This document shows, piece after piece, positions 13,571-24,800 of a stretch of DNA of 64,000 bases. A model generated the notes under the pieces. That model saw nothing but the letters and a program-made list of their open reading frames with translations, did no database searches and was not told where the DNA came from. The stretch is taken from contig MU008161.1 in the NCBI GenBank assembly GCA_010909165.1, positions 1,302,001 to 1,366,000 of the forward strand, read 5' to 3'. A program made the translations under genes and the position numbers. This DNA comes from Anthoceros angustus. Its lineage: Eukaryota > Plantae > Anthocerotophyta. Positions within the stretch are counted from its first letter, which is position 1; each line of letters opens with the position of its first letter.

Positions 13571-14049
13571 ATGCACGCAAATGGAACAGGGGCACCGCGC
13601 CGAGCAATCGCCGGCACCACGATCGGCAACCCGGCGCAAGAATATATCGGAAGGCATTCAGGGGCCCGGCATGCGGCGCCCGCCCATCTTCCCTTCCGGA
13701 TAGCGGGCAGAACGGCGCGGCATGCCGGCGCTCGCCGCCATTCTGAGACCTTCTCGAATGGGAGGCGTTGGCGGCGCCGGCATGCGGCGCCCCATTAAGT
13801 CCTCAAGTCTATCACGGACTTGGAGGCTGCTGGACGGGCCGGCGCGCCTGCCCTCCCATTCGACAGCAGTGCGAAGGGCATTCAGGGGTGCGGCATGCGG
13901 CGCCCCATCCTTCCTCTTCGGACTTGGAGGGCAACAAGCGGGCGCGGCATGCCGGTGCCAATGCTCCATTCCCATTCGAATGTAGCGAGGGGGCGGCATG
14001 CGCGGGCGCCCCTTTCATCGTTCGAGGTGGCGGGGCTGCGGCGGGCGCC

Positions 14050-15383
14050 GTCTCTAAAAAAATTCGAGGATGGAAGACACCTACCTTTTCCCTCAAAGCG
14101 CGTTTGAAATCTTGCGATGACCTCGTCTGCAGAGTGTTGGGGATATTCTTGCCTGACTTGGTCGAATGAGTCACACCCCAAGTGCTTGGCCATCGCCACC
14201 TGAATAACATGAAACTTCTTCCTCACGGTGATTTCCTTCGCCATCCCATTGAGGTCTAGAAGCCCCGTCAAAACCTTCTCTGTAACGTTGCACTTATCAA
14301 CATTTGTTGCCCACTTTCCCCAGGTGGGATGCCTTGAAAACTCCTCCAAGGCTTGCCTTGCATCTCTTTAGGCTTCAACAAGGCGCCATCTATTGCCTTC
14401 AGGTCATCAGTGACTTTACGTTTGCCCTTGCTCTTCTTGCTTGTGCTTGTTGCAACATGTTTCGCCTTTTCCGGCAGCTCCATGGACTCCCATTCGCTAA
14501 ATATCTTATCCACATTCGCCCAAACTTTCCCTTCCAACTTCGAGATGCATAGAATGTGGGTCCTGTTGTCTACCTTGTTTTGTTTATATTGCTCATCCTC
14601 GCGGCCTTCGTCGTCGTCGATCAGTCCAAGTACCTTGTACAAGTTGAATTTCCAGTTCATGGTCATGTTGATACCATCCCTCTTCGCGATTTGCAGCTCA
14701 TCTCTCAAATACCTCACCTGCTCAATAAAATTCATCTTCCGCCTCTTGTCGGACATGGTGTTGTGGTCAGTGGCTAAGACTCTCATTTCCGGAATAGTCA
14801 GACCACAATACACATGAGCCTCAATCCACTGGAGGCTTGCCTTCCCGGGTGATATGTCCGCAAGGTGCTTCATATCTGCATAGGTATGGTTGCCTCCAAG
14901 CACTCCCATCACATATTTCTTAGCCCTGAACTTCTTCCAATCCAGCGATTTGATATCATTGCACTCTGCCGGATCAATCATGCAAAGCAGAGGCAACACT
15001 CCTTCTTCGATTCTTCCTTTGGCAATTACCCTGGCTAGGTAGTTTGCCTCGTCCACTCTTCGGATTTGGGCATCTGGAGTCAGGAAGGAAGCATGTCTCA
15101 AGTATTCCAGCTTAACCAGAACTGTTTCCGGAACCACTTTCTTCCCATATGCGGCTTCCCTAACAGTATTCAAATAATCTTCATCCAACACTGACGCCTC
15201 CAACCTTTCCTCATTAGTCGACACATGAACTGTAGGAATATCGTGGATGTCAGATGGCTTCCCACCGCCTTTCTTCTTCCCATGGTATGCTCGGTTCCTC
15301 TCCCTTACCTTCGACATCTTCGGTAGGTGATTTCCGCTTCCGGCTAAGATCCGAGGATACACGGACAGCACCATCACCAACAT
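14050..15383 (-). pseudogene. ParB/sulfiredoxin-like domain plus helical region (N-terminal part of the MTase gene)
   Basis: 371-aa ORF with QIRRVDE, YVMGVLGGNHT (ParB/Srx GxHR-like motif, ~14886-14897) and VYCGLT...LATDHN. It continues after a frameshift as ...IQVAMAKHLGCDSFDQVRQEYPQHS. It lies on the same strand as, and upstream of, the MTase. Confidence 0.65.
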
Positions 15384-16504
15384 CTGGCGGGCGCCGCATG
15401 CCGCGCCCGCCGCCGCACCGCTTTCCCTTGGCGTGCATGCCCACTTTGCCCCTTCCTCCCTGCCGAGGGCATGCTATTCCCACTGCCAGCCACAGAACGC
15501 GGTTGGCTCCCGGATTGCAGCACCGTGTCCCCATATGTTGTTGGGTGCCGTTTACCCATTGAAGGACCATCAGGGGTGCCAGCATGCCGGCGCCCCTCTT
15601 CGACCGCTGGTCCGGCACTGGGCATAAACCATGACACCTGGGGGGTACCCAATTCCTGCACGGCATGGAGGGCGCCGGCATGCCCGCGCCCTCCCTCTCC
15701 ATCCTCATGGACTGGTCGCGGCATAGATGATACTTGCACGGGAGCTGCTGGAGGATCGGCCGCAAAGTCCAAAATAATATCCGCCTCCTTCTGCGCATCT
15801 TCCTCGTCGGACCCGTTCGCATCCGACTATCCGAGGACATATGGTATGGGGCCATCTTCCTCGTCTGAAGGGCCCAGCTCGGGCTCTGAATCAACATTAG
15901 GAGGATATCGGTCCTCAAGTGCAAACTCAGGCAGTCCCTGTCTTGTTCTTCTGAAAGACATCTCCCTTCTGTGATTTATCATAGACTGTGTGATGACCCC
16001 GCAGAGGCATCTGTAAAACAATCTTCCAGGCTGTAACCCACAGTATTTTAATGTCAGTCGAGGACATAGAGGAAGAAAGGTGCGAGCCGAAGTTGGAGGT
16101 TTCAGTGTCCAATTACCTGTTGTCGGCGTAGGCTTTCGCAAAATTGCATTGACAGCTCCTTCGGTTCACATTTCTATGCTTGAAAGCCATCTAGTCTGAA
16201 AAGGAACACCTTGTAATCATCTGGGGTGTGCGGCAGTTGATCAATGCCATAGGGTCTTGAAGTGCAGAGCACTTGCACCTCAAGATGCACTGTGTCCATG
16301 TCCAAACTTGCCCACAACACCCATCCAGCCCTTGCGCGCTAATTGGGCAGAGCCCCCATGTAGCCTGTTATCCAGAACTTCAACAGGGGGGTCCAGATTG
16401 CCCCATCTTCCTCTGGCTCTTTTGCTTGAGTAACAAACCATTCTTTCTCTAATGCCACTGTTTCCTCAACCTGGCTTGTGTGTCTTCGCAATTGCACAGA
16501 AAGT

Positions 16505-17520
16505 CTTCTACATCTTTCTTGGGGTCATACATTCCCAACACCGGAGTAGTACTCAACTTCTCTTTCAAGTATTCAAAGGCTGCTTGACAATCAGCATCCC
16601 ACTTCCAAGCTTTTCATGTCTTCAAGTGGTCAGTTATGGGGGCTGCTATCTTAGCAAACATATGTATAGACCTCCTGTACATACACAAAAGCCAAACCCA
16701 TGAAGCTCCGTACCTCATGAATGTTCCGAGGGGGCTGCCAATCTTGAATGGCTTTAACTTTATCCTGATGCTCTCGACAGAGACGATAAAACCTAAAAAT
16801 GGAACCTCTGTCTTGACGAAATCACACTTCTTAATTGCCAAGAACAAAGAATTCTCTCTTAGTCTCTGTAGCACCTTCCTCAAGTGCTCAACATGTTCCT
16901 CCAAGGTATGACTATAGATCAAAATGTCATCCAGATAGATTACAACACACTTGTCTACCAAATCTATGAATATGGTATTCATAAGAGTCTGAAATGTGGC
17001 AGGTGCATTAGTAAGTCCAAATGACATGACAAGAAACTCAAAAGATCCATACCTTGTTTTACATGCTCTTTTGTACTCATGCCCCTTAGCAATCCTCATC
17101 TGATAGTACCCTGCCATCAGATCCAGCTTGGTGAAAGACTTGGCTCCCTTCTACCTGTCAAACGTATCATCCATTCTCGGCAAAGGATATGCATTCTTGA
17201 TTGTAATATGATTCAAAGCTCTGTAATCTAGACACAACTTGAGTCCTCCATTCTTTTTGCGCGTGAACAATACAGGCGCACCAAAAGGAGACTTAGAAAC
17301 TCTGACATATCCTTTTGCCAACAGGTTGGATAGTTGTCGCTTGAGCTCTTGCAACTCATCCAGTGACAATCTATACGGTGCTCTTGAAGGAGGCATACTC
17401 CGTAGCTTAAATTCAATCTCATGATCTACTACTCTGGGAGACGGCAACGGTGGCAACTCATCTGGCATCAAATCCTTGAACTCATCTAGTACAGCTTGTA
17501 CTTGTTTTGGGATGTCTTTC
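16505..17520 (-). mobile_element. Gypsy RT and RNase H N-terminus, same family as 4579-8080, opposite orientation
   Basis: [10 protein letters not shown]...SPFGAPVLF...DYRALN, GYYQMRI, YLDDILIY and GMYDPKKDVE. Near-identical to 6065-6650. Confidence 0.95.
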
Positions 17521-18099
17521 GTCTATGTGGAATTTACTTATATAAATATATTCTTGGAGCTATAGATCAATTAGGGAACATATCTTACCCTTTTGTTTCA
17601 TTATTGTTTGTATATTTCTAACGGCGGAAAAAACGAGCCACTCCGACCCTATACCATACGGTTTTCTAAGGAAACAGAAGAAGAAGAAGAAGAACCAGCC
17701 CGCCCATGTCCGATTTGGTCAACGGCGGCATTTTCGAGTGTACCAGACGGGACGCAGATGGCGGGCGTGGCGACCGGCCTTTGAACCTGCTGGAGTGTGC
17801 GGGAAGCGCCAGCCCTTTCCCGCTGCTCACCTTGACGGTGTTTGAGGCAGCATCCGTGTACTGTGGCCGTCGCTCCTCCCAGTTCGATCTTGCGAAACGG
17901 GACCACTTCCTGATGGCGGGCTTGGGGGCAGGAGCAGCGACATCGTGGTACATACCAAGCAGAACGACAGCTCTTCTGATCTCGCGAATTGCAGGCTAGC
18001 GGTGAAGGCGGGGAGGCCATGGCATGTTGAGGTAGGGACCGGACGCATGAAAGATTGTGTGGATTGGAGAATTGTCTGAGCGTTTGGAAGATTCCGGCT

Positions 18100-18400
18100 G
18101 TCACGTGCACCTTGCTACACACAGAGTGCACAGCGTTGATGATGTCCCTTGTGCTTCTGTTAGCCTGCAAGAACTCAAGCTCGTCGGAAGCCAAGTCTTG
18201 GCAGATGGCACACACGTTAGGCTTCACTTTCTACTTCAGGATCGTCTTCTTTTGGCCACAAAAACCCTGAACTGACGCACAGGCTCTCCGGCAGCGGTTC
18301 CACGTAATTCTTGAGCACCACGAAAAAATTCGGATGTACTCCTCCACCTTCTCCACGCACTTTTGCCGCAGACTCAGCTGCGACACTCAGCCGCACGCAT
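18100..18400 (-). pseudogene. Saposin B-type (prosaposin-like) gene fragment
   Basis: NVCAICQDLASDELEFLQANRSTRDIINAVHSVCSKV plus upstream PNFFVVLKNYVEPLPESLCVSSGF in a shifted frame. Confidence 0.7.
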
Positions 18401-18555
18401 ACCCTTCGTGACTCAGCACTCATCCAGAATTGCAGCTGCGAAGGTGATCATTGGCTCCTCCACTTTGGAAACTTCGAGGCAAGGTGACAACTGACCCAAG
18501 CCCGCAGAGTTTTCACAAAGAGTATGAGAGTCCCCTCGGGTTTGTTTAGGACATC

Positions 18556-18838
18556 ATGTCCACACAAACATACTTCCTGTCCAATTGTCAGCAGGGGAAG
18601 CTTTATGAGGCCGTTTGAGCCCTGGAATCTCTGGCGCAGACAGACTCTGCTATTTCACAGTCTCTGTTTTGCACTGTGCTAACACTGTGTATGGCTAAGA
18701 AGGATTTGGTTGTGGGGCGACGACTTCATGATCTCAGTATCAAACTTGGGTAGGAGTCGAATGCATACTTGTTGAACCATATCTTGCGCATGTATGCATG
18801 TGGAGGTAGGTTAGAGGAGGCCATGGATGTGTTCGCCA
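18556..18838 (+). pseudogene. PLS-class PPR gene fragment (N-terminal)
   Basis: CQQGKLYEAV*ALE...VLTLCMAKKDLVVGRRLHDLSIKLG*ESNAYLLNHILRMYACGGRLEEAMDVF, with two in-frame stops. Confidence 0.8.
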
Positions 18839-18917
18839 GGCGCTGCTCCTGGCGGGCAGCGGAAGGGCTGAGGGCAAAGGACAGGAGAAGCTATGTCAGG
18901 AGGCCATACAACTGTAC

Positions 18918-19098
18918 CATTCTGGAAATAGGGCCCAAAATCCGTGGCGGACAGGTGCAATTTGATGTCATCCAAAGTCTTACACTGGCACAGATTGTTG
19001 TAGTCCACGGCAGTGAGCAGCCCGTATCTGTAACCTCGCACGATGGCTTCCAAGGGGCCGCCCTCGATATTGAACGTCATCGCCTCGAGTCCGTATAT
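18918..19098 (-). pseudogene. V-ATPase subunit d first-exon fragment
   Basis: IYGLEAMTFNIEGGPLEAIVRGYRYGLLTAVDYNNLCQCKTLDDIKLHLSATDFGPYFQN. The start codon reads ATA, a GT donor follows, and no further exons were found. Confidence 0.9.
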
Positions 19099-19734
19099 GG
19101 TGGCTGAGAAGGGGGAGTAGCCGTTCCTATGCAGGTGATGCTCCAAAGAGTCTGGCGCGCACGAGCCCAGGTGTCTGCTGCTCTCTTCCTTTCGCAACCC
19201 ACACTCATCTGTTTCCATGAATCTAAATTAATAATCTAAGTTTAAAGTCCAGAAGGAAAACAGATTGAATTCTTGGAATGAATTCTTGGAAATCCTTTCT
19301 GGAATTTGAAGCCGAGCTGAGTCTATGTTTGAAAAAGATGACGAATTGGCAGTTTGTGAACGACCAAGCCAAAGGTATGGTGAAAATATATAGCATATTA
19401 TTTAGTCATATTCATGATGACAGATATCGAGCATTGTCACGATTGGAAAAACACAATGGGATCTCGAAGATTTCTATACATCCCTTAACTTTTGGCCAGG
19501 GTTCAGCACTTGTTTGTATTGCTAATTCCTTGGAATATACTTTGGAGATAGATTAGGATGTGGTGGCATGGTCTGTGCTCATTGCTGGATATCTCCAACA
19601 AGGTCTCGGACAGGAGGCACTTGTTGCATGAATAAAAGGAGCAGGAGGGCCTGATTTTGGCTAACCGCGTCACTTCGATTACTGCGAAGCGGCGCTCTGA
19701 GGCGGGCTCACTCGATTGTCGAAAAAGGACTACT

Positions 19735-20066
19735 GGATGACATACTGGTGGGCACCTGCCTGGTGGACATTTATGCAAAATGTGGTGGACTGAAAGATGC
19801 ACGCCTGGTTTTTTACCCAGAAGAATGTGGTGACATGGACCGCCCTCATATCTAGGTATGGTGCTTGTGATGGGTGGTCACAAGGCACTAGCTTGTTTTG
19901 AGGAGATGTTAGTTGCCTAATAATGCAACTTTTACTTGCCTTCTGGTAGCATGCAGTCACGAGGGTCTGGTAGATGAGGGTCGCAAGCACTTTGATTCCA
20001 TGGCTATACAGCATGGCGTCGAACCTACTACTGAGCAGTACAATTGCATGATTGATTGATCTTCTG
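19735..20066 (+). pseudogene. PLS-class PPR gene fragment (C-terminal repeats)
   Basis: LVGTCLVDIYAKCGGLKDARLVF, KNVVTWTALISRYG and PNNATFTCLLVACSHEGLVDEGRKHFDSMAIQHGVEPTTEQYNCMID, with frameshifts. Confidence 0.85.
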
Positions 20067-20190
20067 AAATTGGCAGTAGCTCATGTTAGACTTCGTAGAC
20101 AGTAGAGGCGTGGATCGTTTTGTAATTATAAAAGCACGTCTTGTCTGACAGGTAAAGTCCGGGGGTTACGAGCCTTAAGGTATTACGGTA

Positions 20191-20468
20191 TCTGAATGGG
20201 AAATTGACTATACTGAACTCGATTTCTCAAATAGTCGCTGCATTGGCAAGGTGAAAAGGACTTCGATACTGTATTGACATCTTCTCTTTGAGAAAGGTTA
20301 TCGGAGTCACCTTTCAGATGGTAGATATGACATAACTATCAATATCGCGGAAAAGGGCTTACACCCTAATTAGGAGTTCTGAAGTGGTGAAGTTGTCTAA
20401 CCTTCTTACAAAGGACTGTGGCGGCGAAAACCATTTTGAGCTCGTTGAATTCAGATCCGAAAGTCCGG
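20191..20468 (+). pseudogene. Integrin-linked/Raf-like kinase N-lobe fragment (two exon pieces)
   Basis: SEWEIDYTELDFSNSRCIGK followed by GT, then RTVAAKTILSSLNSDPKV followed by GT. The rest of the kinase is absent. Confidence 0.7.
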
Positions 20469-21241
20469 TATTCACGGAGGCAGTTGATGCCTTAGGCCCG
20501 CGTGTGTGGTCACCTTATCGCACAAGGTATAGAGGGCGTTAGACGATCTTCATAGGCCCATAGACCAGCAACATTGCTCTGATTTTCCTTTAGGTTGGAT
20601 CAAATCTTTTTTACATCTTCAAAACATCAATAACATATGTCTGGATTTTTCTAAATAGGCACTTATCAATTACAATGGGCAAAGCATAGCACATAGAACA
20701 CCCTCCTTGACTAGATGGCTGGACTCCTTCAAGAGAAACAAGGAAAAACTTCAACACAGTCAACGGCTAAGGCGGCCCTCACCAATCCTCACAAGCTCAC
20801 AGGAGGACGATTTCGTAACTGTCTGTCTTAAGCAAGCGTGGAAAATTCAGCCCTTGGCCTCCTCGAAGGCTGAGGAACGCTCCTCACACACCCAAGTGCC
20901 TTATAACACTGTTAAAAATAGGAGAGGTCCATATAGTTACAACTGCTAAGGTATCTAAGAATAAAACGCTGAGACTTTCAGACTTCATCCTACCAGCTTT
21001 CATCCAAGCTGTTCCACAAAATGCATCCTCGGTTCTGGTGAAGCTCGAGGGACAGCACTGTGCTCAAGGAGTTCGGGTGCTTTGAGCTACGACTATACGG
21101 CATTCAAGTGACTTGTAGAAGGAGTATAGGTGGTGAGCAGAATTATGATCCTCCTACATGGATGACCAGTTTCTTGGCCGGATTTTCCTACACGAATATA
21201 CTAGGTCCTACAGAGATTTACTACTTACAGGGGTTTACTAT

Positions 21242-22873
21242 TTACAGGGAATTGGCACCTTGTTGCCTGCGGCTCACAGTGACAGGTAAACCGTGCTTCA
21301 TGGGCATGGTGAGGGCCAGCTTATAAACAGGCTTGAAACCAGGAGCCACGGTGAAAGTGAAGTTCTGGATAAAAGAAGCAGCCACATACCTCATCTGCAC
21401 CATAGCCATGTCTTTCCCCAGGCAGATGCGGGGCCCTGCCTGGAAGACAGGAAACTTGAAGGAGCTCTCGATTTGATACTCTCCGTCCTTGAGCCACCTC
21501 TGTGGCTTGAACTGCGTACAGTCAGGGCCCCAGATGCTCTCCATTCTGCCCATGGCGTAAGGGTGGAACGCCACCCTGGCTCCCTTGGGAACATGGGTTC
21601 CATCAGGGAAGACATCGTCCTGCAAAGCTACCTTGACGTCCACAGGCACCGGTGGGTGGAGTCGGAGAGACTCCGATATGGCTGCGGTCAAGTGTTGCAT
21701 GGATTTCAGCTCGTCGTATGAAAAGGATGCGGAAACCTCCTTCCTCGCTTGCACGATGCCCACAACCTCCTCATAGATGGCCCTCTCCACTTCCGGGTGA
21801 TGGGAAAGCGTCCAGAAGAACCACGACAGGCTCACCGACGACGTGTCCCTCCCAGCCAGAAAGAAGCTGATTACGATGTCTCTGAGGAACTCATCAACAA
21901 AGTCCTTCCTCCCTCCCCCAGCCCCCTGCTCGGACCACGCACTCTCCAGCTCCGCGAAGTCCTCCAACGACTCGGCATCCAAGAGCCGCATGAACCGTGA
22001 CAGCAGGTCCAGGTGCCTGCTGCCCTCGCCGCTCTGCGGTGCTAGGGCAAGCTCCTTCCTTCTCTGCCGGATCACCGAGTTGGCGAAATCATGCACTTGG
22101 GCCACAGCTTCCCGGAGCCGCCTCTCGGACCCGACGTTGAGAGCCCGCTTCAGCCGCCAGACAGCGGGTGCCAGGGTCAAGAATCTGTCCATCGTGAGCC
22201 TCGTCGCAACGTCGAAGGCCTTTGCGAACCTCGCAGTGGGCACCGAAGAGTCCGCACTGAAGGAAGGCTCCAGGCACCCGGGGTCCACTCCGAACGCAAT
22301 GTTGCAGATGGTATCGAAGGAGAAGCGCAACAGCATGCTCTGCAGGTCGAAAACCGAGCCGGCTGCAGCAGCCTTCTCCAGAAACGGGAGCATCCGCGTC
22401 CGAGTCTCCTCCTGCAGAGTATCGCACACCAGCTCCCGCAGCGAGCGGGTGGTGAACTCGTAGCTGGCAACCTTCCTCTGCACCCGCCACAGTTGCCCGT
22501 CGGCGTTGAAGATGCCTTTCCCTAGCAGGTCTTCCAAAACCTCGCCCGTCTCCTTGCCCTTGGGATAATTCTCGAAGTTCTTGCGCAGCATGTGGTCCAC
22601 ATTGCTGGGATTTGCAGTGATGATGGTCACGCCGGTTCCCAGCCTTTCACTTCTAATTGTCTGGGTGGGATCCTTGATCAAAAAACCCGTGGCCCAGTCC
22701 AGAATCCTGTCCTTGTTTCGCAAAAGCTCCAACACGCAGCCCAGCACGGGGTACAGCACTGGGCCCCTGTTCTTCCCGTAATGGATGTGATTCTTCCACA
22801 CCAGGTACGACCACACCACAAGGGCAGCAACCGCAGCAGCAAGCACTGCCCAGTGCTCCACAGCCAATGCCAT
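21242..22873 (-). CDS. Cytochrome P450, CYP86 clan, CYP94-like fatty-acid/jasmonate oxidase (intronless)
   Basis: Intact ORF with N-terminal membrane anchor, LLGKGIFNADG, AGRDTSS, ESLRLHPPVP and heme motif FQAGPRICLG. First ATG at 22873. Confidence 0.93.
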   Translation of the reverse strand: MALAVEHWAVLAAAVAALVVWSYLVWKNHIHYGKNRGPVLYPVLGCVLELLRNKDRILDWATGFLIKDPTQTIRSERLGTGVTIITANPSNVDHMLRKNFENYPKGKETGEVLEDLLGKGIFNADGQLWRVQRKVASYEFTTRSLRELVCDTLQEETRTRMLPFLEKAAAAGSVFDLQSMLLRFSFDTICNIAFGVDPGCLEPSFSADSSVPTARFAKAFDVATRLTMDRFLTLAPAVWRLKRALNVGSERRLREAVAQVHDFANSVIRQRRKELALAPQSGEGSRHLDLLSRFMRLLDAESLEDFAELESAWSEQGAGGGRKDFVDEFLRDIVISFFLAGRDTSSVSLSWFFWTLSHHPEVERAIYEEVVGIVQARKEVSASFSYDELKSMQHLTAAISESLRLHPPVPVDVKVALQDDVFPDGTHVPKGARVAFHPYAMGRMESIWGPDCTQFKPQRWLKDGEYQIESSFKFPVFQAGPRICLGKDMAMVQMRYVAASFIQNFTFTVAPGFKPVYKLALTMPMKHGLPVTVSRRQQGANSL

Positions 22874-24016
22874 GTCTGCTTGCTTGCTTGCTTGCCTGCT
22901 GCTGCTTTTCACAAAACTACGAGCGAGAGAAACGAAAACACAACAACCTCCTCTCAGAATCGTATCTCCGCACGCTCAGTGTTTGGAAGCACGGAGGGCC
23001 CAGCCAGCCAATCTCCAGCAGCTCCCAGGAGGCGCCACAACAGTGCAGCTCGGAGCCAGGATAGGCCAGAGCCCAAGGAGCCCGTGAGGTGTAGTGCAAT
23101 GGCATCCTCTTGAAGCTCCTGGATCCCTGATATAGCCACACCCAACTTGCAAATTGCAAGGGAGTTAGAGCACGTCAGCAGACGCAGATGGTCACGCGGG
23201 ACAAGCCTCACTTGTGTCGTTCTAAAAGGTGCTCTCGAGCCACCGCTAGGTGCTACTGCAGCTAGTCTGGCAGATCTTCCCGGTGCGTGGACGTCTTTTC
23301 CGGCCAGTGTCCGGAAGCCTTGCCTTTCCGGCCGGTACGCGAACGACTTTCCGGCTCCATGTGTCAAGTAGATAAGGCCAAAACATGAGGCGTATGCATG
23401 AAGCGTCCGCACCTGGGCTGGACTCTCGGTCTCATCTGCATCGTAGCATCCCCTTGCGTGGGGTCATGCGTGATGTCAAGTAGGTTACTGTTGGTAGAAA
23501 GTTCAAAAATTCTTGCCTACCGGTAGCTTCCTTGCCTGGAGTTGCCTGTCGGGAACATACCCTGGTGAGGGCGATTAGCCCGGCACTCACACTAGGGCAC
23601 CAATACGACACCTCACAGAGATCAGCATCACCTAGTCTAGGCCTGTCGTCAAGCACGTCAAGGCACAACCATGGTAACGGATGAGAGGCTTCACGTTGTC
23701 TTCGAGGCAACTGGAATGCAGACATCCAGCGCCGTGGACCGGCGAGGGATCTCAAGTTCTCAACGTCTGGCAGGAGCCTTCTTGGTCTGCCTTACATTCG
23801 ATGGAAAACATCAATCGGAGGACTAGCCGGACACAATTCCCAGTAAGCCGTGACGAATTACAGGCAGCACTAGGTGGGCCGATGCATGCACGCAAGTGCC
23901 GTGAGAGCATGATTGAAGCTGTCAGCCAATGTTGCTTGTTATGTTCTCGGTCAGCGTCACAGCAGGTTTAGGTACCAGTCATCATCGCATTCCCAAACAA
24001 CCTGCAGGGAAGGTGA

Positions 24017-24175
24017 TGCATGTCAAGCACATCGCTGAGATAATCACCACCTGGTACTGCATGCCAAGCAAACAGCTGATAACATCACCACCTCGTAATG
24101 CACGCCAAGCACATCGCTGATCACACCACCACCTGGTAATGCATGCCGAGCACATCACTGATAACATCACCACCT
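24017..24175. repeat. ~40-bp tandem repeat, 4 copies
   Basis: GCATGCCAAGCACATCGCTGATAACATCACCACCTGGTAAT-like units. Confidence 0.85.
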
Positions 24176-24492
24176 AACCAAACCACCTAAACCATGGGAA
24201 TGAGATGAAACCAATCAAGAACCTGATAGTAATGACCGTGAGGCCACTGATTTAACAGTGACTGCAGTAAGTTTCACTAGGAAAGTAAAACGCAATACAA
24301 GCTCCCATTTCCATTCCTCGGGCAGACCTTTCACCTCTGACAATGCTTCAGGATCGTTCTTGCCTTTGTGAGGACAACCTGACAATTCCTCAAGGACACA
24401 CCAAACACACGGCAAACATGGCCAAACCAATCACACAGCCAACTCCGTTAACCAGGTTTAGCATCTGCTGACCCTACAAATCGCCCTAACTG

Positions 24493-24568
24493 AAGCTGTC
24501 AGCTGATGGTGCATGTTGTGTCCTCATCAGGATCAGAACAGGTCTATGTGTTGGTCATCATCCAGCTT
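24493..24568 (-). ncRNA. Box C/D snoRNA, copy B
   Basis: Terminal stem AAGCUG/CAGCUU, box C AUGAUGA, D' CUGA, C' UGAUGA and D CUGA. The guides CAUAGACCUGUU and CAUGCACCAUCA are complementary to conserved 18S segments. Confidence 0.88.
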
Positions 24569-24800
24569 TCAGAGACTCAACAACCCGAAAGGGCCATCCA
24601 GGACGGGTCCGAATCAGTGGAGCTGCATGAAAATCTGAATCCCCCAAAACACTACCCCCGAGGCAAGAGACCGACAGCTAAAGAGCAAAACGTACGATAT
24701 CAAAAACCAACGCCAGGCTGCCACCGACTAAATCCTGATTGTGGAACTACCTCAACCAGATCTAGCAACTGTAACCGGTTCTACACAATCGCCCTGGCTG

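Larger units (their letters stand above)
10440..16504 (-). mobile_element. Unclassified insertion in Gypsy RNase H, flanked by a CTT direct repeat
   Basis: The uninterrupted site GATGTAGAAG|TGTATTGTGA is at 6641-6660. Its reverse complement is split into ...CAATACACTT (ending 10439) and CTTCTACATC... (starting 16505). No TIR or transposase was recognised. Confidence 0.6.
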
